DNA from: an uncultured Verrucomicrobiota bacterium | Lineage (GTDB): Bacteria > Verrucomicrobiota > Verrucomicrobiia > Limisphaerales > UBA9464 | Assembly: GCA_964602595.1 (NCBI GenBank) | Contig: CAZRRO010000003.1 | Location: 413,438 to 477,437, forward strand | DNA: 64,000 nucleotides | Reading direction: 5' to 3' | Shown: in pieces, positions 53,412-63,804 of the stretch | Layout: each line of letters opens with the position of its first letter | Numbering within the stretch: position 1 is the first letter of the stretch | Notes under the pieces: model-generated | Database searches by the model: none | The model's input: only the letters and a program-made list of their open reading frames with translations | What the model was told of the DNA's origin: nothing | Position numbers and translations under genes: made by a program

Positions 53412-55973
53412 ATGCCATTTTCTCCGCGGCTCGTTGCTCAGGTTCGCCGGTTGGTTGCGCTGTGGCTGCTGGCGGTGGCAGTTCAGGTGCCCGGCGCCAA
53501 TGCCCTGCCGGTGGAAACCGCCCGCCTGCGGCTGCCCGAGAACCCGGGAAGCTTTGGTTATCGGTTCACGGACGCCTTTCCCGGCCTCGCGGTGACCAAC
53601 CCGGTGGTGATCACGGCGCCGCGTGGCGAAACGAACCGTCTGTTCATCGTCGAACAGGCTGGACGTATCGTGGTCATCACCAATCTGGCCCAGCCCACCC
53701 GCACGGTGTTTCTGGATCTCACCCGGAGCACGCTGAGCGGCGGCGAACAGGGGTTGCTCGGGCTCGCGTTTCACCCCGACCACGCGCGCAACGGCCGGTT
53801 CTTCGTCTTTCGCACCCTGAACTGGACGCCGCCGGGCGGAACCAGCCAGCGCTACGACCGCCTGTCCCGGTTTCAGGTGCGCCCTGACCAACCCAATGCG
53901 GCGGACCCGGATTCCGAGGTGATGCTGTTCCAGGAGCGCGATGAGGCGAGCAACCACAATGGCGGCGATCTTCACTTCGGACCGGATGGTTATCTCTACG
54001 TTGCGCTCGGCGACGAAGGCGGCGCGAACGACCAATACAGCAACGGCCAGCGGATAGATCGCGACTTCTTCGCCGGCATCCTGCGGATCGACGTGGATCC
54101 GGTCCCCGGCAGCCGGTTGCCTAATCCGCACCTGCCACTCGCCTCCTCCGCCAATTTCGTCACGGCGAACTACGCGATCCCGCCGGACAATCCCTTCGTC
54201 GGGGCCACCAACTTCAACGGCCGAGCGGTGAACGCCACCACCCTGCGGACGGAATTCTGGGCCGTGGGCCTGCGTAATCCGTGGCGGTTTTCGTTCGATT
54301 CCGCCGGCGGCGAGCTGTGGGTGGCGGATGTCGGCCAGGATCGCTGGGAAAGCATCTTCGTGAGCCGGGCCGGCGCGAACCACGGCTGGGCCTTCCGGGA
54401 AGGCAACGCCGCCGGTGCCCGTTCTTCCGCGACGCCGGGCGGCTTCCTCACCGAGCCGGCCTTCAACCATTTGCCGCCGGTGCATGTGTATGGCCACGGC
54501 GGCGGCCCCACCCAGGGCAATTCTGTCACCGGCGGCCTCGTCTATCGCGGCCGCCGGCTGGCCCAACTGCACGGCGCCTACGTGTTTGCGGACTACGTGA
54601 GCGGGAATGTCTGGGCGCTGTGGCGGCAAACGGGAGCAAGTCCGCGCGTGCAGCGTCTCACTGGCCAGGGCGGCATCTCCGCGTTTGGCACGGACCCGCG
54701 CAACGGCGACCTGCTGGCCGCCGCGCATTCGGGCAACCGCCTGCTGCGCCTCACCTACTCGACCACGTTCACCGGCGAACCGTTACCACCCACCCTCGCC
54801 GACACGGGCGCCTTCTCGGATTTGGCGACCCTAGCCCCCGCCCCGGGCGTGTTGCCCTACGAGATCAACCATCCGTTCTGGTCCGACGGCGCGGCCAAAC
54901 GGCGCTGGTTTGCCCTGGGCAGCACCAACCGTCTGCTGGGCTTTCGCGAGCACGGAGCCTGGGAGGCGCCGCCCGGCACGGTGTGGGTGAAGCACTTCGA
55001 TCTCGAACTGACCAATGGCGTGCCCGCGTCGGCCCGGCGGTTGGAAACGCGCTTCCTGGTCCGCAACACCAACGGTATCCACGGCCTGACCTACCGCTGG
55101 GATTCCCCCACCAACGCCACGCTCGTCCCCGAGGACGGCGCCGTGGAAAACATCACCCGTTACACCGCCGAGGGACAGCCCTACGCGCAGGTCTGGGAGT
55201 ATCCGGCGCGCGCCCAGTGCCTTGCGTGCCACACGCCCGCCGCCGGTTTCACGCTCAGCTTCAACACCGCCCAATGGCACCGGCCGCTCCCCGGGGGCGA
55301 ATCCCAAGTCGCGGCGCTCGCGGCCGCCGGATATTTCACCAATGCCCCGGCGGAACGTCACCGGTGGGGGCGGTTCGCCGCGGTGGAGGATGAGTCTGCC
55401 AGCGTGACGTGGCGCGCCCGGTCCTATCTCGACGTCAACTGCGCCCCCTGTCATCGGCCCGGCGGAACCGGCGGCGGGTTCTTCGACGCCCGGTGGGAAA
55501 CTCCACTGGCGCTCAGCCAACTCATCTGGGGACCGCTCAACGACAACCGCGGCAATCTGACCAACCGGGTGTTCGTGCCCGGCGATGCCACCCACTCGGT
55601 CGCCCTGCAACGGCTCCAGGTGCGCGGTCCCGGCCAGATGCCGCCGCTCGCCTCCAACGTCGCCGACCCGGCCGCGGCCGATCTCCTGTCGCGCTGGCTG
55701 ACCGAATTGGCCGGGGAACCCGCGCTCGATCAACCGCCGGAACTTCGCGGGCTCAACCTCGCGCCGGATGGGTCCCTGCGCCTCCGCGTCCGGCAAGCGC
55801 CCGGACAGGCCTTCCTGCTGGAATCCACTGGCCGGCTGGAGGCCACTGACTGGCAACCGGTGGACGCCCCCGGGACCGAGCCCCACTTCCCGGCCGCTGA
55901 CCGCGAAACGGAAGTCCGGCTAAGCTTGGGAACTGAAGCGCAATTCTTCCGCGTCCGCAGCCTGCGACCGTAA
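53412..55973 (+). CDS. PQQ-dependent sugar (glucose/sorbosone) dehydrogenase-like beta-propeller, di-haem CxxCH domain and shared C-terminal domain
   Basis: NRLFIVEQ.GRI, GEQGLLGLAFHPD, ASNHNGGDLHFGPDGYLYVALGDEG, GLRNPWRFSFD...G.LWVADVGQD.WE are GSDH-family motifs. CLACH is at 55218-55232 and CAPCH at 55440-55454. It ends EAQFFRVRSLRP. Confidence 0.8.
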   Translation: MPFSPRLVAQVRRLVALWLLAVAVQVPGANALPVETARLRLPENPGSFGYRFTDAFPGLAVTNPVVITAPRGETNRLFIVEQAGRIVVITNLAQPTRTVFLDLTRSTLSGGEQGLLGLAFHPDHARNGRFFVFRTLNWTPPGGTSQRYDRLSRFQVRPDQPNAADPDSEVMLFQERDEASNHNGGDLHFGPDGYLYVALGDEGGANDQYSNGQRIDRDFFAGILRIDVDPVPGSRLPNPHLPLASSANFVTANYAIPPDNPFVGATNFNGRAVNATTLRTEFWAVGLRNPWRFSFDSAGGELWVADVGQDRWESIFVSRAGANHGWAFREGNAAGARSSATPGGFLTEPAFNHLPPVHVYGHGGGPTQGNSVTGGLVYRGRRLAQLHGAYVFADYVSGNVWALWRQTGASPRVQRLTGQGGISAFGTDPRNGDLLAAAHSGNRLLRLTYSTTFTGEPLPPTLADTGAFSDLATLAPAPGVLPYEINHPFWSDGAAKRRWFALGSTNRLLGFREHGAWEAPPGTVWVKHFDLELTNGVPASARRLETRFLVRNTNGIHGLTYRWDSPTNATLVPEDGAVENITRYTAEGQPYAQVWEYPARAQCLACHTPAAGFTLSFNTAQWHRPLPGGESQVAALAAAGYFTNAPAERHRWGRFAAVEDESASVTWRARSYLDVNCAPCHRPGGTGGGFFDARWETPLALSQLIWGPLNDNRGNLTNRVFVPGDATHSVALQRLQVRGPGQMPPLASNVADPAAADLLSRWLTELAGEPALDQPPELRGLNLAPDGSLRLRVRQAPGQAFLLESTGRLEATDWQPVDAPGTEPHFPAADRETEVRLSLGTEAQFFRVRSLRP

Positions 55974-55998
55974 TTCACGGACCCAGCCAATCCGCGAC

Positions 55999-58900
55999 TC
56001 AGGCCGCCCAAGCGCGCGCGTTGTGGAACATCTGCATCCAGGGGCTGGCGGCGCTACGGTCGCCGCTGGTCCAGCTCATCAGGATGTTCCGGAAGACGCG
56101 CTCGGGGTGCGGCATCAGCACGGTGAAGCGGCCGTCTGGCGTCGTCACGGAGGTGAGGCCGTCGGGACTGCCGTTCGGGTTCAGCGGATACGTTTCCGTC
56201 GGGCGACCGTGATGATCGACGAAGCGCACGGCGCGATGCACGCGCTTCGCGTCGCCGCGTTGCGAGAAGTCCGCGAAGCCTTCGCCGTGCGAGACGGCAA
56301 TCGGAATGCGGCTGCCGGTCATGCCTTGGAAGAAAATGGACGGGCTGTCGAGCACTTCGACGAGGCTCAGACGCGCTTCGAACTGCTCGCTCTTGTTGCG
56401 CGTGAACTTCGGCCACGCCTCGGCACCAGGAATGATCGGCGAGAGCGCGGCCATCATCTGGCAGCCGTTGCAGATGCCGAGCGCGAAGGTGTCCTGACGC
56501 GCGAAGAACGCCTTGAACTGATCCGCCAGCGCGGGATTGAACATGATGGAGCGTGCCCAGCCTTCGCCCGCGCCGAGCGTGTCGCCGTAGGTAAAACCGC
56601 CGCAGGCCACGAAGCCGCGGAAGGTCTCCAGCTTCAGCCGGCCGCTCTGCAAGTCGGTCATGTGAACATCCACCGTCTCGAAGCCGGCCTTCGCCATCGC
56701 GTAGCTCATCTCGACGTGGCTGTTCACGCCCTGCTCGCGCAGAATCGCCACGCGCGGACGCGCGCCGGTGATGGCCGGAGCCTCGGTGCGCGGCGTGAAG
56801 GTGAGATGCACGTGCAGGCCGGGATCGGTCGCGTCGCCCTTGAGCCGGTGCTCGGAATCGGCGCTCTCGGGATTGTCGCGCAGCCGCGCAATGCGCCAGC
56901 TCACTTCGTCCCAGGTCTGGTGCAGCGACTTCACGTCCGCCTGCAACAGCACCGCGCCACCCGCGCGCACTTCCATGGTGTGCGTGTCATTCGGGCGACC
57001 GACAATGTGCGCGTGACCGTCGAAGCCCGCCTTGCGCAACACGTCGAGAACGTGCGTCGTCTGGGAATCGGCAACTTGCAGCACCACGCCGAGTTCTTCG
57101 GAGAACAACGCGCGCAACGCGTGGCTGCCCGCCGCGGCGTCGGCCTTCTCGGAGGCGCGCACGAGTGAATCGAGTTCAAGGCTCAGGCCGCGATTCGAGG
57201 CGAAGGCCATCTCGCACAAGCACGCCCAGAGGCCGCCGTCGCTGCGGTCGTGATACGCGAGCAACGCGCCTTCGCTGCGCAATGTGTTCACGGCGGTGAC
57301 GAGTGACTTCAGACGCGCGGCGTCATCGACATCAGGTGTCGCGCCGCCGAACTGGTTCGTAACCTGCGCGAGCATCGAGCCGCCCATGCGGTTCTTGCCG
57401 AAGCCGAGGTCCACAAGAATGAGCGAGGTCGCGCTGGGCTGAAGCACGGGCGTGAGCGCAGGACGCACGTCGGAGAGCGTCGCGAAGGCGCTGACGATGA
57501 GGCTGACCGGCGCGGTGACCTGTCGCGGTTGGCCGTTGTCGCTCCAGCGCGTGCGCATCGAGAGCGAGTCCTTGCCGACCGGCACGCTGATGCCGAGCGC
57601 GGGACAGAGTTCGAGGCCGATGGCGCGCACGGTTTCGTAGAGCGCGGCGTCCTCGCCCGGCTCGCCGCACGCAGCCATCCAGTTGCAACTGAGCTTCACG
57701 CGCGGGAGTTCGATCGGCGCTGCGAGAATGTTGGTGATTGCTTCGCCCACGGCCATGCGGCCGGACGCGGGTGCGTTCACGGAGGCGAGCGGCGTGCGTT
57801 CGCCCATGCTCATCGCTTCGCCGCGGAAGCCGGAGTAATCGGCGAGCGTGATGGCGCAATCCGCCACCGGCACCTGCCACGGGCCGACCATCGGATCGCG
57901 TGACGACATGCCGCCGACCGTGCGGTCGCCGATGGTGATGAGGAAACGCTTCGACGCGACGGTGGGATGCCGCAGCACGGCGAACGCGGCCTCGGGCAGC
58001 TTCACCGCGGCGGCGTTGAACGGCTCGGGCTTCCACTCCACGCGCTTCACGTCGCGGCGCATCTTCGGCGGCTTGCCGAGCAGCACGTCCATCGGCATGT
58101 CGATGGCGCGTTCGCCGCCCGGACCGTCTTCGAGAATCAATTCCTTCTCCTCGGTCGTGACGCCAACCACGGCGAACGGACAACGCTCGCGCTCGCAGAG
58201 CTGCTGGAAGAGCGGGAGCGTTTCGGGGCCGATGGCGAGGACGTAGCGTTCCTGGCTTTCGTTGCACCAGATTTCCTTGGGCGCGAGACCGGATTCTTCC
58301 AGCGGCACCTTGCGCAGATCGAAGCGCGCACCGCGGTCCGCGCCGTGGACGAGCTCCGGGAAGGCGTTCGAGATGCCACCCGCACCGACGTCGTGAATCG
58401 CGAGAATCGGATTCTTGTCCCCGAGCGCCGCGCATTGCGTGATGACCTCGTGCGCGCGCCGTTCGATTTCCGGATTGCCGCGCTGCACGGAATCGAAATC
58501 GAGATCCGCGGAGTTCGCGCCCGCCGCCATCGAACTCGCCGCGCCGCCGCCCATGCCGATGCGCATGCCGGGGCCGCCGAGTTGAATGAGCAACGTGCCG
58601 GGGCCGAACGGCAACTTGCTCGTCTGCTCGGCCGCGATGGAGCCGACGCCGCCCGCGATCATGATCGGCTTGTGATAACCGCGCCGGATGCCCGCGACGG
58701 TCTGCTCATACACGCGGAAGTAACCGCCGAGATTCGGCCGGCCGAATTCGTTGTTGAACGCCGCGCCGCCGAGCGGGCCGTCGATCATGATCTGGAGCGG
58801 GCTGGCGATGTGCTCGGGCTTGCCGAAGACGGGTTGTTCCCACGGCTCGTTCGTGCCGGGCAGGAGCAGATTCGAAACGCTGAAACCAGTGAGGCCGGCC

Positions 58901-59904
58901 TTCGGACGTGAGCCACGCCCCGTCGCGCCTTCATCGCGGATTTCGCCGCCCGCGCCGGTGGACGCGCCGGGGAACGGCGAGATGGCGGTGGGATGATTGT
59001 GCGTCTCCACCTTCATCAGCGGATGCACGATCGCCGTCTTCGCAGAGTAACGGCGGTCGCCGGGATCAGCCGACGCCTGCCAAACTTCGATCTCGCCGCC
59101 TTCCATCACCGACGCGTTGTCGCTGTAGGCGACGATGGTGTGCTGCGGCGCGAGCTTGTGCGTGTTCCGAATCATCCCGAACAGCGAGTGACTCTGCGGC
59201 TGGCCGTCGATGACGAACTCCGCGTTGAAGATCTTGTGCCGGCAATGCTCACTGTTCGCCTGCGCGAACATCATCAGCTCCACGTCGGTGGGATTGCGCT
59301 TCAGTGACTGAAACGCGTTCACGAGGTAAACGATTTCATCCTCGCTCAGCGCCAGGCCGAACGTTTTGTTCGCGGCCTCGAGCGCGCTGCGGCCCTTGCC
59401 CAGCACATCGACGTGTTCCATCGGCACGCCCTGTTTCTCCTGGAAGAGCAGCGGGATCTGGTCGCGGCTGACGAGCACGCTCTCCGTCATGCGATCGTGC
59501 AACAGCGCGGCGCAGGCATTGCGTTGGGCTTCGGTGAGCGCGGCGGAAGCGTCAGTGAAGTCGAGGCGGTATTCCGTCATGCGTTCCACGCGACGGATGG
59601 GCAGGCCGCAGTTGTGCGCGATGTCCGTGGCCTTCGACGCCCACGGCGAGACGGTTCCAATGCGCGGCGCGACGATGAGCGCGACGCCACCGGACTTCGG
59701 GCCGGTGTAAGGATCGCCGTAAGTCAGCAACTCGGTGAGCTTGCGGTTCTGCGCCTCGGGCAGCGATTCGACGAGCAGCACGCAATGGAGAAAGCGCGCG
59801 TGAACGCCGGCAATCGCCGGATGAACTTCGCGCAGCTTGGGCAGGAGCGCGGCGGCCCGGAACGAGGAAAGGGCGTTGCCGCCTTCGAGATGGATCAATT
59901 GCAT
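55999..59904 (-). CDS. purL: Phosphoribosylformylglycinamidine synthase, single-chain large form
   Basis: ATG 59904 ([16 protein letters not shown]...), 1301 aa. ...[22 protein letters not shown]... and C-terminal amidotransferase GICNGCQMM...HGEG. Upstream ORF codons 1-260 overlap the oxidoreductase gene and were rejected. Confidence 0.95.
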   Translation of the reverse strand: MQLIHLEGGNALSSFRAAALLPKLREVHPAIAGVHARFLHCVLLVESLPEAQNRKLTELLTYGDPYTGPKSGGVALIVAPRIGTVSPWASKATDIAHNCGLPIRRVERMTEYRLDFTDASAALTEAQRNACAALLHDRMTESVLVSRDQIPLLFQEKQGVPMEHVDVLGKGRSALEAANKTFGLALSEDEIVYLVNAFQSLKRNPTDVELMMFAQANSEHCRHKIFNAEFVIDGQPQSHSLFGMIRNTHKLAPQHTIVAYSDNASVMEGGEIEVWQASADPGDRRYSAKTAIVHPLMKVETHNHPTAISPFPGASTGAGGEIRDEGATGRGSRPKAGLTGFSVSNLLLPGTNEPWEQPVFGKPEHIASPLQIMIDGPLGGAAFNNEFGRPNLGGYFRVYEQTVAGIRRGYHKPIMIAGGVGSIAAEQTSKLPFGPGTLLIQLGGPGMRIGMGGGAASSMAAGANSADLDFDSVQRGNPEIERRAHEVITQCAALGDKNPILAIHDVGAGGISNAFPELVHGADRGARFDLRKVPLEESGLAPKEIWCNESQERYVLAIGPETLPLFQQLCERERCPFAVVGVTTEEKELILEDGPGGERAIDMPMDVLLGKPPKMRRDVKRVEWKPEPFNAAAVKLPEAAFAVLRHPTVASKRFLITIGDRTVGGMSSRDPMVGPWQVPVADCAITLADYSGFRGEAMSMGERTPLASVNAPASGRMAVGEAITNILAAPIELPRVKLSCNWMAACGEPGEDAALYETVRAIGLELCPALGISVPVGKDSLSMRTRWSDNGQPRQVTAPVSLIVSAFATLSDVRPALTPVLQPSATSLILVDLGFGKNRMGGSMLAQVTNQFGGATPDVDDAARLKSLVTAVNTLRSEGALLAYHDRSDGGLWACLCEMAFASNRGLSLELDSLVRASEKADAAAGSHALRALFSEELGVVLQVADSQTTHVLDVLRKAGFDGHAHIVGRPNDTHTMEVRAGGAVLLQADVKSLHQTWDEVSWRIARLRDNPESADSEHRLKGDATDPGLHVHLTFTPRTEAPAITGARPRVAILREQGVNSHVEMSYAMAKAGFETVDVHMTDLQSGRLKLETFRGFVACGGFTYGDTLGAGEGWARSIMFNPALADQFKAFFARQDTFALGICNGCQMMAALSPIIPGAEAWPKFTRNKSEQFEARLSLVEVLDSPSIFFQGMTGSRIPIAVSHGEGFADFSQRGDAKRVHRAVRFVDHHGRPTETYPLNPNGSPDGLTSVTTPDGRFTVLMPHPERVFRNILMSWTSGDRSAASPWMQMFHNARAWAA

Positions 59905-60083
59905 GAGATGGGAACGCCGTCCCGGTGACTGGGGACGGCGGAAATCGCCGACAGATTGACCAACCCCACGAAAACCGGAACGGGCACCGAAAAGCTTGGG
60001 TCGATGAAGGAAGTCGGCCCCGGCTTGTTCAAGTAGAAAGTCGGACGCGCCCGTGAGCGTGCCGGCACGGAATTGCGGAACCG

Positions 60084-61127
60084 TCAGGCCATGCCGCAGG
60101 CGCGCAGGACTGTTTCGCCAACGAGCAGTTCCTCTTCGAGCGAGACCGACAGCGTTGCTTCGCCCCGGACCGCGGCGGCGAGTTCCTGGAAATCGGCCAC
60201 GTAACGCTCGTAGGCCGGCAGCGGGACCGTCTGCGGCCCTTTCGGGTAAGGTCCGGCCGCCTCGGCGAGGTCCAGCACCAACGTTGGCGGCTCGATCGGC
60301 TGCAGCAGCGCGGAGCCGCCGGTGCCGGTCACCTCGAACGACCGCTGGCGACTGCCGGTGGCTTGCAGCGCGGTGTTGGAGAGGACGGCGGTGGCGCGCT
60401 CGAACTGGAGCACCGCCACGTTGTTGTCGTGGAGCGTGTCCGTGAATTTGCCCTGCCGGCGCAGGAACGGGGTCACCGATTGCGGTCGGCCGAGCAATCG
60501 CACGGCGGCATCCACCAGATGCGAGCCCTGTTCGAACATCGAGCCGCCCTTGAACTCGGCCCATTCGGGGCGCCGCGCCGCCGCGAGGTTGTTCCCCATG
60601 AACGCCTTCACCTGGATGACTTCGCCGAGCCAGCCGCGGCGCACCACCTCGAACAGGGCGCGGAAGCCCGGATTGAAACGCCACATGAAGCCGGTTTGCA
60701 GCAGGCGTTTCCGTTCGCGGGCCTCGGTGACCAACGCCTGCAGCTCCGTGAGCGTGGCCGCCGCCGGCTTTTCCACGTGGACGTGTTTTCCCGCCCGCAG
60801 GGCCAGCAAGGCATGCGCGGCGTGGTCGCGGATGTCGGATTCCACCGCCACCACCTCGGCCCGGCGGAACAGTTCCGCCTGCGTGATCCGATTCGCACCC
60901 AGGCGTTCACACACCTGCCTGCCGGCCTCGGAGTCGTCGCAGACGCCCACCAGGTCCCAGTCCGGGGACTTATGGGCCAGCCGAAGTTTGTCCGGGCCGT
61001 GGGAATAGCTCACTCCGAGAAACCCGATGGGTATTCGCCGGGCCGGTTCCGCGCCGTGGGCCATGCGCGCAGTCGCGAGCGCCATCGTGCTGGCAGCCAG
61101 GAATTCCCGGCGATTCAAGGGTGACAT
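60084..61127 (-). CDS. Gfo/Idh/MocA-family oxidoreductase with Tat signal
   Basis: ATG 61127 gives [25 protein letters not shown] (twin-arginine motif). [11 protein letters not shown] Rossmann start; HVHVEKP (EKP motif). Confidence 0.85.
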   Translation of the reverse strand: MSPLNRREFLAASTMALATARMAHGAEPARRIPIGFLGVSYSHGPDKLRLAHKSPDWDLVGVCDDSEAGRQVCERLGANRITQAELFRRAEVVAVESDIRDHAAHALLALRAGKHVHVEKPAAATLTELQALVTEARERKRLLQTGFMWRFNPGFRALFEVVRRGWLGEVIQVKAFMGNNLAAARRPEWAEFKGGSMFEQGSHLVDAAVRLLGRPQSVTPFLRRQGKFTDTLHDNNVAVLQFERATAVLSNTALQATGSRQRSFEVTGTGGSALLQPIEPPTLVLDLAEAAGPYPKGPQTVPLPAYERYVADFQELAAAVRGEATLSVSLEEELLVGETVLRACGMA

Positions 61128-61228
61128 ATCCGGAGGAGGGGACGCGGTTAATCCGGGGGACGCAAGGCGGCCGGACACCGACCTGAGCCCCGGCTTGCCG
61201 CCCGTGGCGCTCCGCGTAGCGTCGCTCC

Positions 61229-63016
61229 ATGCTGAATCTCCGCTCCGCAGCGCTGCTGGCGCTGCTGGCCCCGACGGTTCTTCTCGCCGCCGCGCCTGTG
61301 CAAGAACGCGCCGACCGCTTCCTCGCCCTCGTCAACTCCGCCTACCAGTCGCTCTCCCGCATCGAGCAGGAAGCCCAGTGGAAGGCCGCCACCGACGTGA
61401 AGGCCGAGCACGACGCCGCGGCCGAAGTCGCCGGCAAGGCCCGCGCGGCGTTCAACGGCAACCCCGCGATCATCCGTGAGGCGAAGGAACTGCTCGCCCA
61501 GCGCGGCGAACTCACCGAGTTGCAGGTCCGCCAGTTGGAGAAGGCGTTGCTCAACGCCGCCGAGGGGCCGATGACGAATCCGGAGCTCGTGAGCAAACGC
61601 ATCGCCGCCGAGACCGCGCAGAACTCCACGCTCAACGGCTTCCAGTTCAAGCTGGGCGGTTCCAACGTCGTCGCCAACGACCTTGACCGCATCCTCGGTA
61701 AGTCCGCCGACCTCGCTGCGCGTCGCGCCGCTTGGGAGGCCTCGAAACTCACCGGCCCCGCGCTCAGGCCCGGGCTCGTGAACCTCGTCGGCCTGCGCAA
61801 CGGCTGCGCCCGCGAACTGGGCCACGCCGATTACTTCGCGCTGCAGGTCGCCGGTTACGGCATGAGCGCTGCCGAGATGGTGAAGCTGAACGACGATTTC
61901 CTCCGCGAACTCCGCCCGCTCTACCTCCAGATGCATACGTGGGCAAAACACGAGCTGGCGAAGAAGTTCAACCAGCCCGTGCCGAGGCGCATCCCGGCGC
62001 ACTGGCTCAACAACCGCTGGGCGCAGGAATGGGGCGGCTTGGTGGACGCGGCCAATCTCGACGCCCACTTCGAGAAGCGCGACCCGGCGTGGGTGACCAA
62101 GACCGCGGAACAATTCTGGGTCGGCATCGGTTTCCCGAATCTGCCCGCGAGCTTCTGGACCAAGTCCGACCTGTTCCCCGCGAAGCCCGGCGAAAACCGC
62201 CTGAAGAATTCCCACGCCTCGTGCTGGCACGTGGACCTGGAGAACGACATCCGCTCGCTCATGAGCGTCGAGCCGAACCAATGGTGGTTCAACACCGCGC
62301 ACCACGAGCTCGGGCACGCCTACTACTTCATCGCCTACACCCGGCCCGAGGTGCCTCCGCTCCTGCGCACCGGTGCCAACCCGGCCTTCCACGAGGGCGT
62401 CGGCGAACTCATCGGGCTCGCCTCCGGCCAGATTCCCTACCTCAGGGCGATGAACATCCTGCCGGCCGATTTCCAGGCCGATCCCACGGCCATCCTGCTC
62501 GACAACGCGCTGCTGCATTCCGTGCCGTTCCTCTTCTGGGCCAGCGGCACGATGACGCATTGGGAAGCCGACGTGTATTCGCAGGGGCTGCCCATCTCGG
62601 AATGGAACCGCCGCTGGTGGGACCACGTGGCGAAGTTCCAGGGCGTCGAACCGCCCGGTGGCGCGGGTTCCCGCGGCGAGGAATTCTGCGACGCGGCGAC
62701 CAAGACGCACATCAACGACAACCCCTGTTACTACTACAGCTACGCCATCGCCACGGTGCTGAAGTTCCAGTTCAACGATTACATCGCGAAGAACCTCCTC
62801 AAGCAGCCGCCCCAAAACTGCAACTACGCCGGGAACAAGGAAGTCGGTGCGTTCCTGCGGAAGATGCTCGAACACGGCGGCACCCGCGACTGGCGCACGC
62901 TGCTCAAGGAAACCACCGGCGAAGACCTGAGCACCCGCGCCATGCGCGACTACTTCGCCCCGCTCATGGCATGGCTGGAGAAACAGAATGCGGGACGGCA
63001 GATCGGGTGGGAGTGA
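61229..63016 (+). CDS. Peptidase family M2 (angiotensin-converting-enzyme-like peptidyl-dipeptidase), secreted
   Basis: Signal MLNLRSAALLALLAPTVLLAAAP. Zinc motif HHELGH (62300-62317) with downstream FHEGVGE (third ligand Glu). ~595 aa, colinear with single-domain ACE homologues. The 575-aa minus ORF 61148-62875 is shadow. Confidence 0.85.
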   Translation: MLNLRSAALLALLAPTVLLAAAPVQERADRFLALVNSAYQSLSRIEQEAQWKAATDVKAEHDAAAEVAGKARAAFNGNPAIIREAKELLAQRGELTELQVRQLEKALLNAAEGPMTNPELVSKRIAAETAQNSTLNGFQFKLGGSNVVANDLDRILGKSADLAARRAAWEASKLTGPALRPGLVNLVGLRNGCARELGHADYFALQVAGYGMSAAEMVKLNDDFLRELRPLYLQMHTWAKHELAKKFNQPVPRRIPAHWLNNRWAQEWGGLVDAANLDAHFEKRDPAWVTKTAEQFWVGIGFPNLPASFWTKSDLFPAKPGENRLKNSHASCWHVDLENDIRSLMSVEPNQWWFNTAHHELGHAYYFIAYTRPEVPPLLRTGANPAFHEGVGELIGLASGQIPYLRAMNILPADFQADPTAILLDNALLHSVPFLFWASGTMTHWEADVYSQGLPISEWNRRWWDHVAKFQGVEPPGGAGSRGEEFCDAATKTHINDNPCYYYSYAIATVLKFQFNDYIAKNLLKQPPQNCNYAGNKEVGAFLRKMLEHGGTRDWRTLLKETTGEDLSTRAMRDYFAPLMAWLEKQNAGRQIGWE

Positions 63017-63031
63017 GCCACGAAGACCACG

Positions 63032-63409
63032 ATGTCTCCTGTCAAAATCATCGGAGCTGCATTGGGCATGCTATTCGTCCTGTCGGTTTGGTGGCTGTTT
63101 CGGGAACGAGCAGCAGCAGTTCAGACATTCGAGCAATATCGAAGTGCTCTTCGGAACCACGATGCAGCGAAGGCCGAAAGCTATGTGTCTTCCAGCGTTT
63201 CTCCTGTCTCGGCAGATATGGTGGTCGCGACTACCCGGTGGATTAACGGCCCAGATTGCATCCCTTTGCGCGAGGTTCGTGTGTCGTTTGGATTCAGAGG
63301 AATCACGATCTTTCCGTGTGCGAGCATGGATAGCATGGGCATCCAAATGCGGAAAGAATCCGGGAATTGGGTTGTCGGCGGCACAGTGCAGATGGCCGAT
63401 GACTTGTGA
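63032..63409 (+). CDS. Hypothetical membrane-anchored protein
   Basis: 125 aa with N-terminal TM IIGAALGMLFVLSVWWLF. Low-GC region; no recognisable motif. Confidence 0.4.
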   Translation: MSPVKIIGAALGMLFVLSVWWLFRERAAAVQTFEQYRSALRNHDAAKAESYVSSSVSPVSADMVVATTRWINGPDCIPLREVRVSFGFRGITIFPCASMDSMGIQMRKESGNWVVGGTVQMADDL

Positions 63410-63478
63410 ACACTTCGCAGCGGGTAATTCAAAGCACTGAATGGCGGAAAAAGTTCGGGTGGGAGTGACTGTCGCGAA

Positions 63479-63727
63479 ATGGAAGCTGCCGAGAAAGGAC
63501 GCATGCCAAAGAGCGCGGATTTATTCGTAGGGATCATGTTCGTGCTGAGCGGGCTGGTTTTCCTGACCGCCCGAAAGAGCTACGATGCCGCAATCCTTCA
63601 GGATCTTCAGCGCGGCTGGCTAACCGCGGAAGAGGCAGGTGCCAAACGCCGGAGTCGGGTTTGGATTGGCGTTGGGAGTTTGGTTGTCGGTTGTGGTCTC
63701 GCAGCCGGCTATTTTCTGAACCGCTGA
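63479..63727 (+). CDS. Hypothetical small two-TM protein
   Basis: 82 aa. Helices LFVGIMFVLSGLVFL and VWIGVGSLVVGCGLAAGYFL. Confidence 0.4.
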   Translation: MEAAEKGRMPKSADLFVGIMFVLSGLVFLTARKSYDAAILQDLQRGWLTAEEAGAKRRSRVWIGVGSLVVGCGLAAGYFLNR

Positions 63728-63804
63728 TGGCGGGGCTGGTGAAGCAGTATGCGGCGCCGGGATACCGAATTAGACAATTGCCCCACTGAGTTGCAGTTCC
63801 TGCC

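Noticed and set aside
54831-55886. 351-aa minus ORF and other ORFs inside the PQQ-dehydrogenase gene (53403-54728, 54281-55393)
   Set aside because: They are antisense or off-frame shadows; the plus frame has GSDH motifs and CxxCH sites.
59905-60684. 260-codon N-terminal extension of the purL ORF
   Set aside because: It overlaps the Gfo/Idh/MocA gene in another frame and has junk composition. The conserved PurL N-terminus starts at MQLIHLEGG (59904).
61148-62875. 575-aa minus ORF and 504-aa plus off-frame ORF 61732-63246
   Set aside because: They are shadows of the M2 peptidase gene, whose frame contains HHELGH and HEGVGE.
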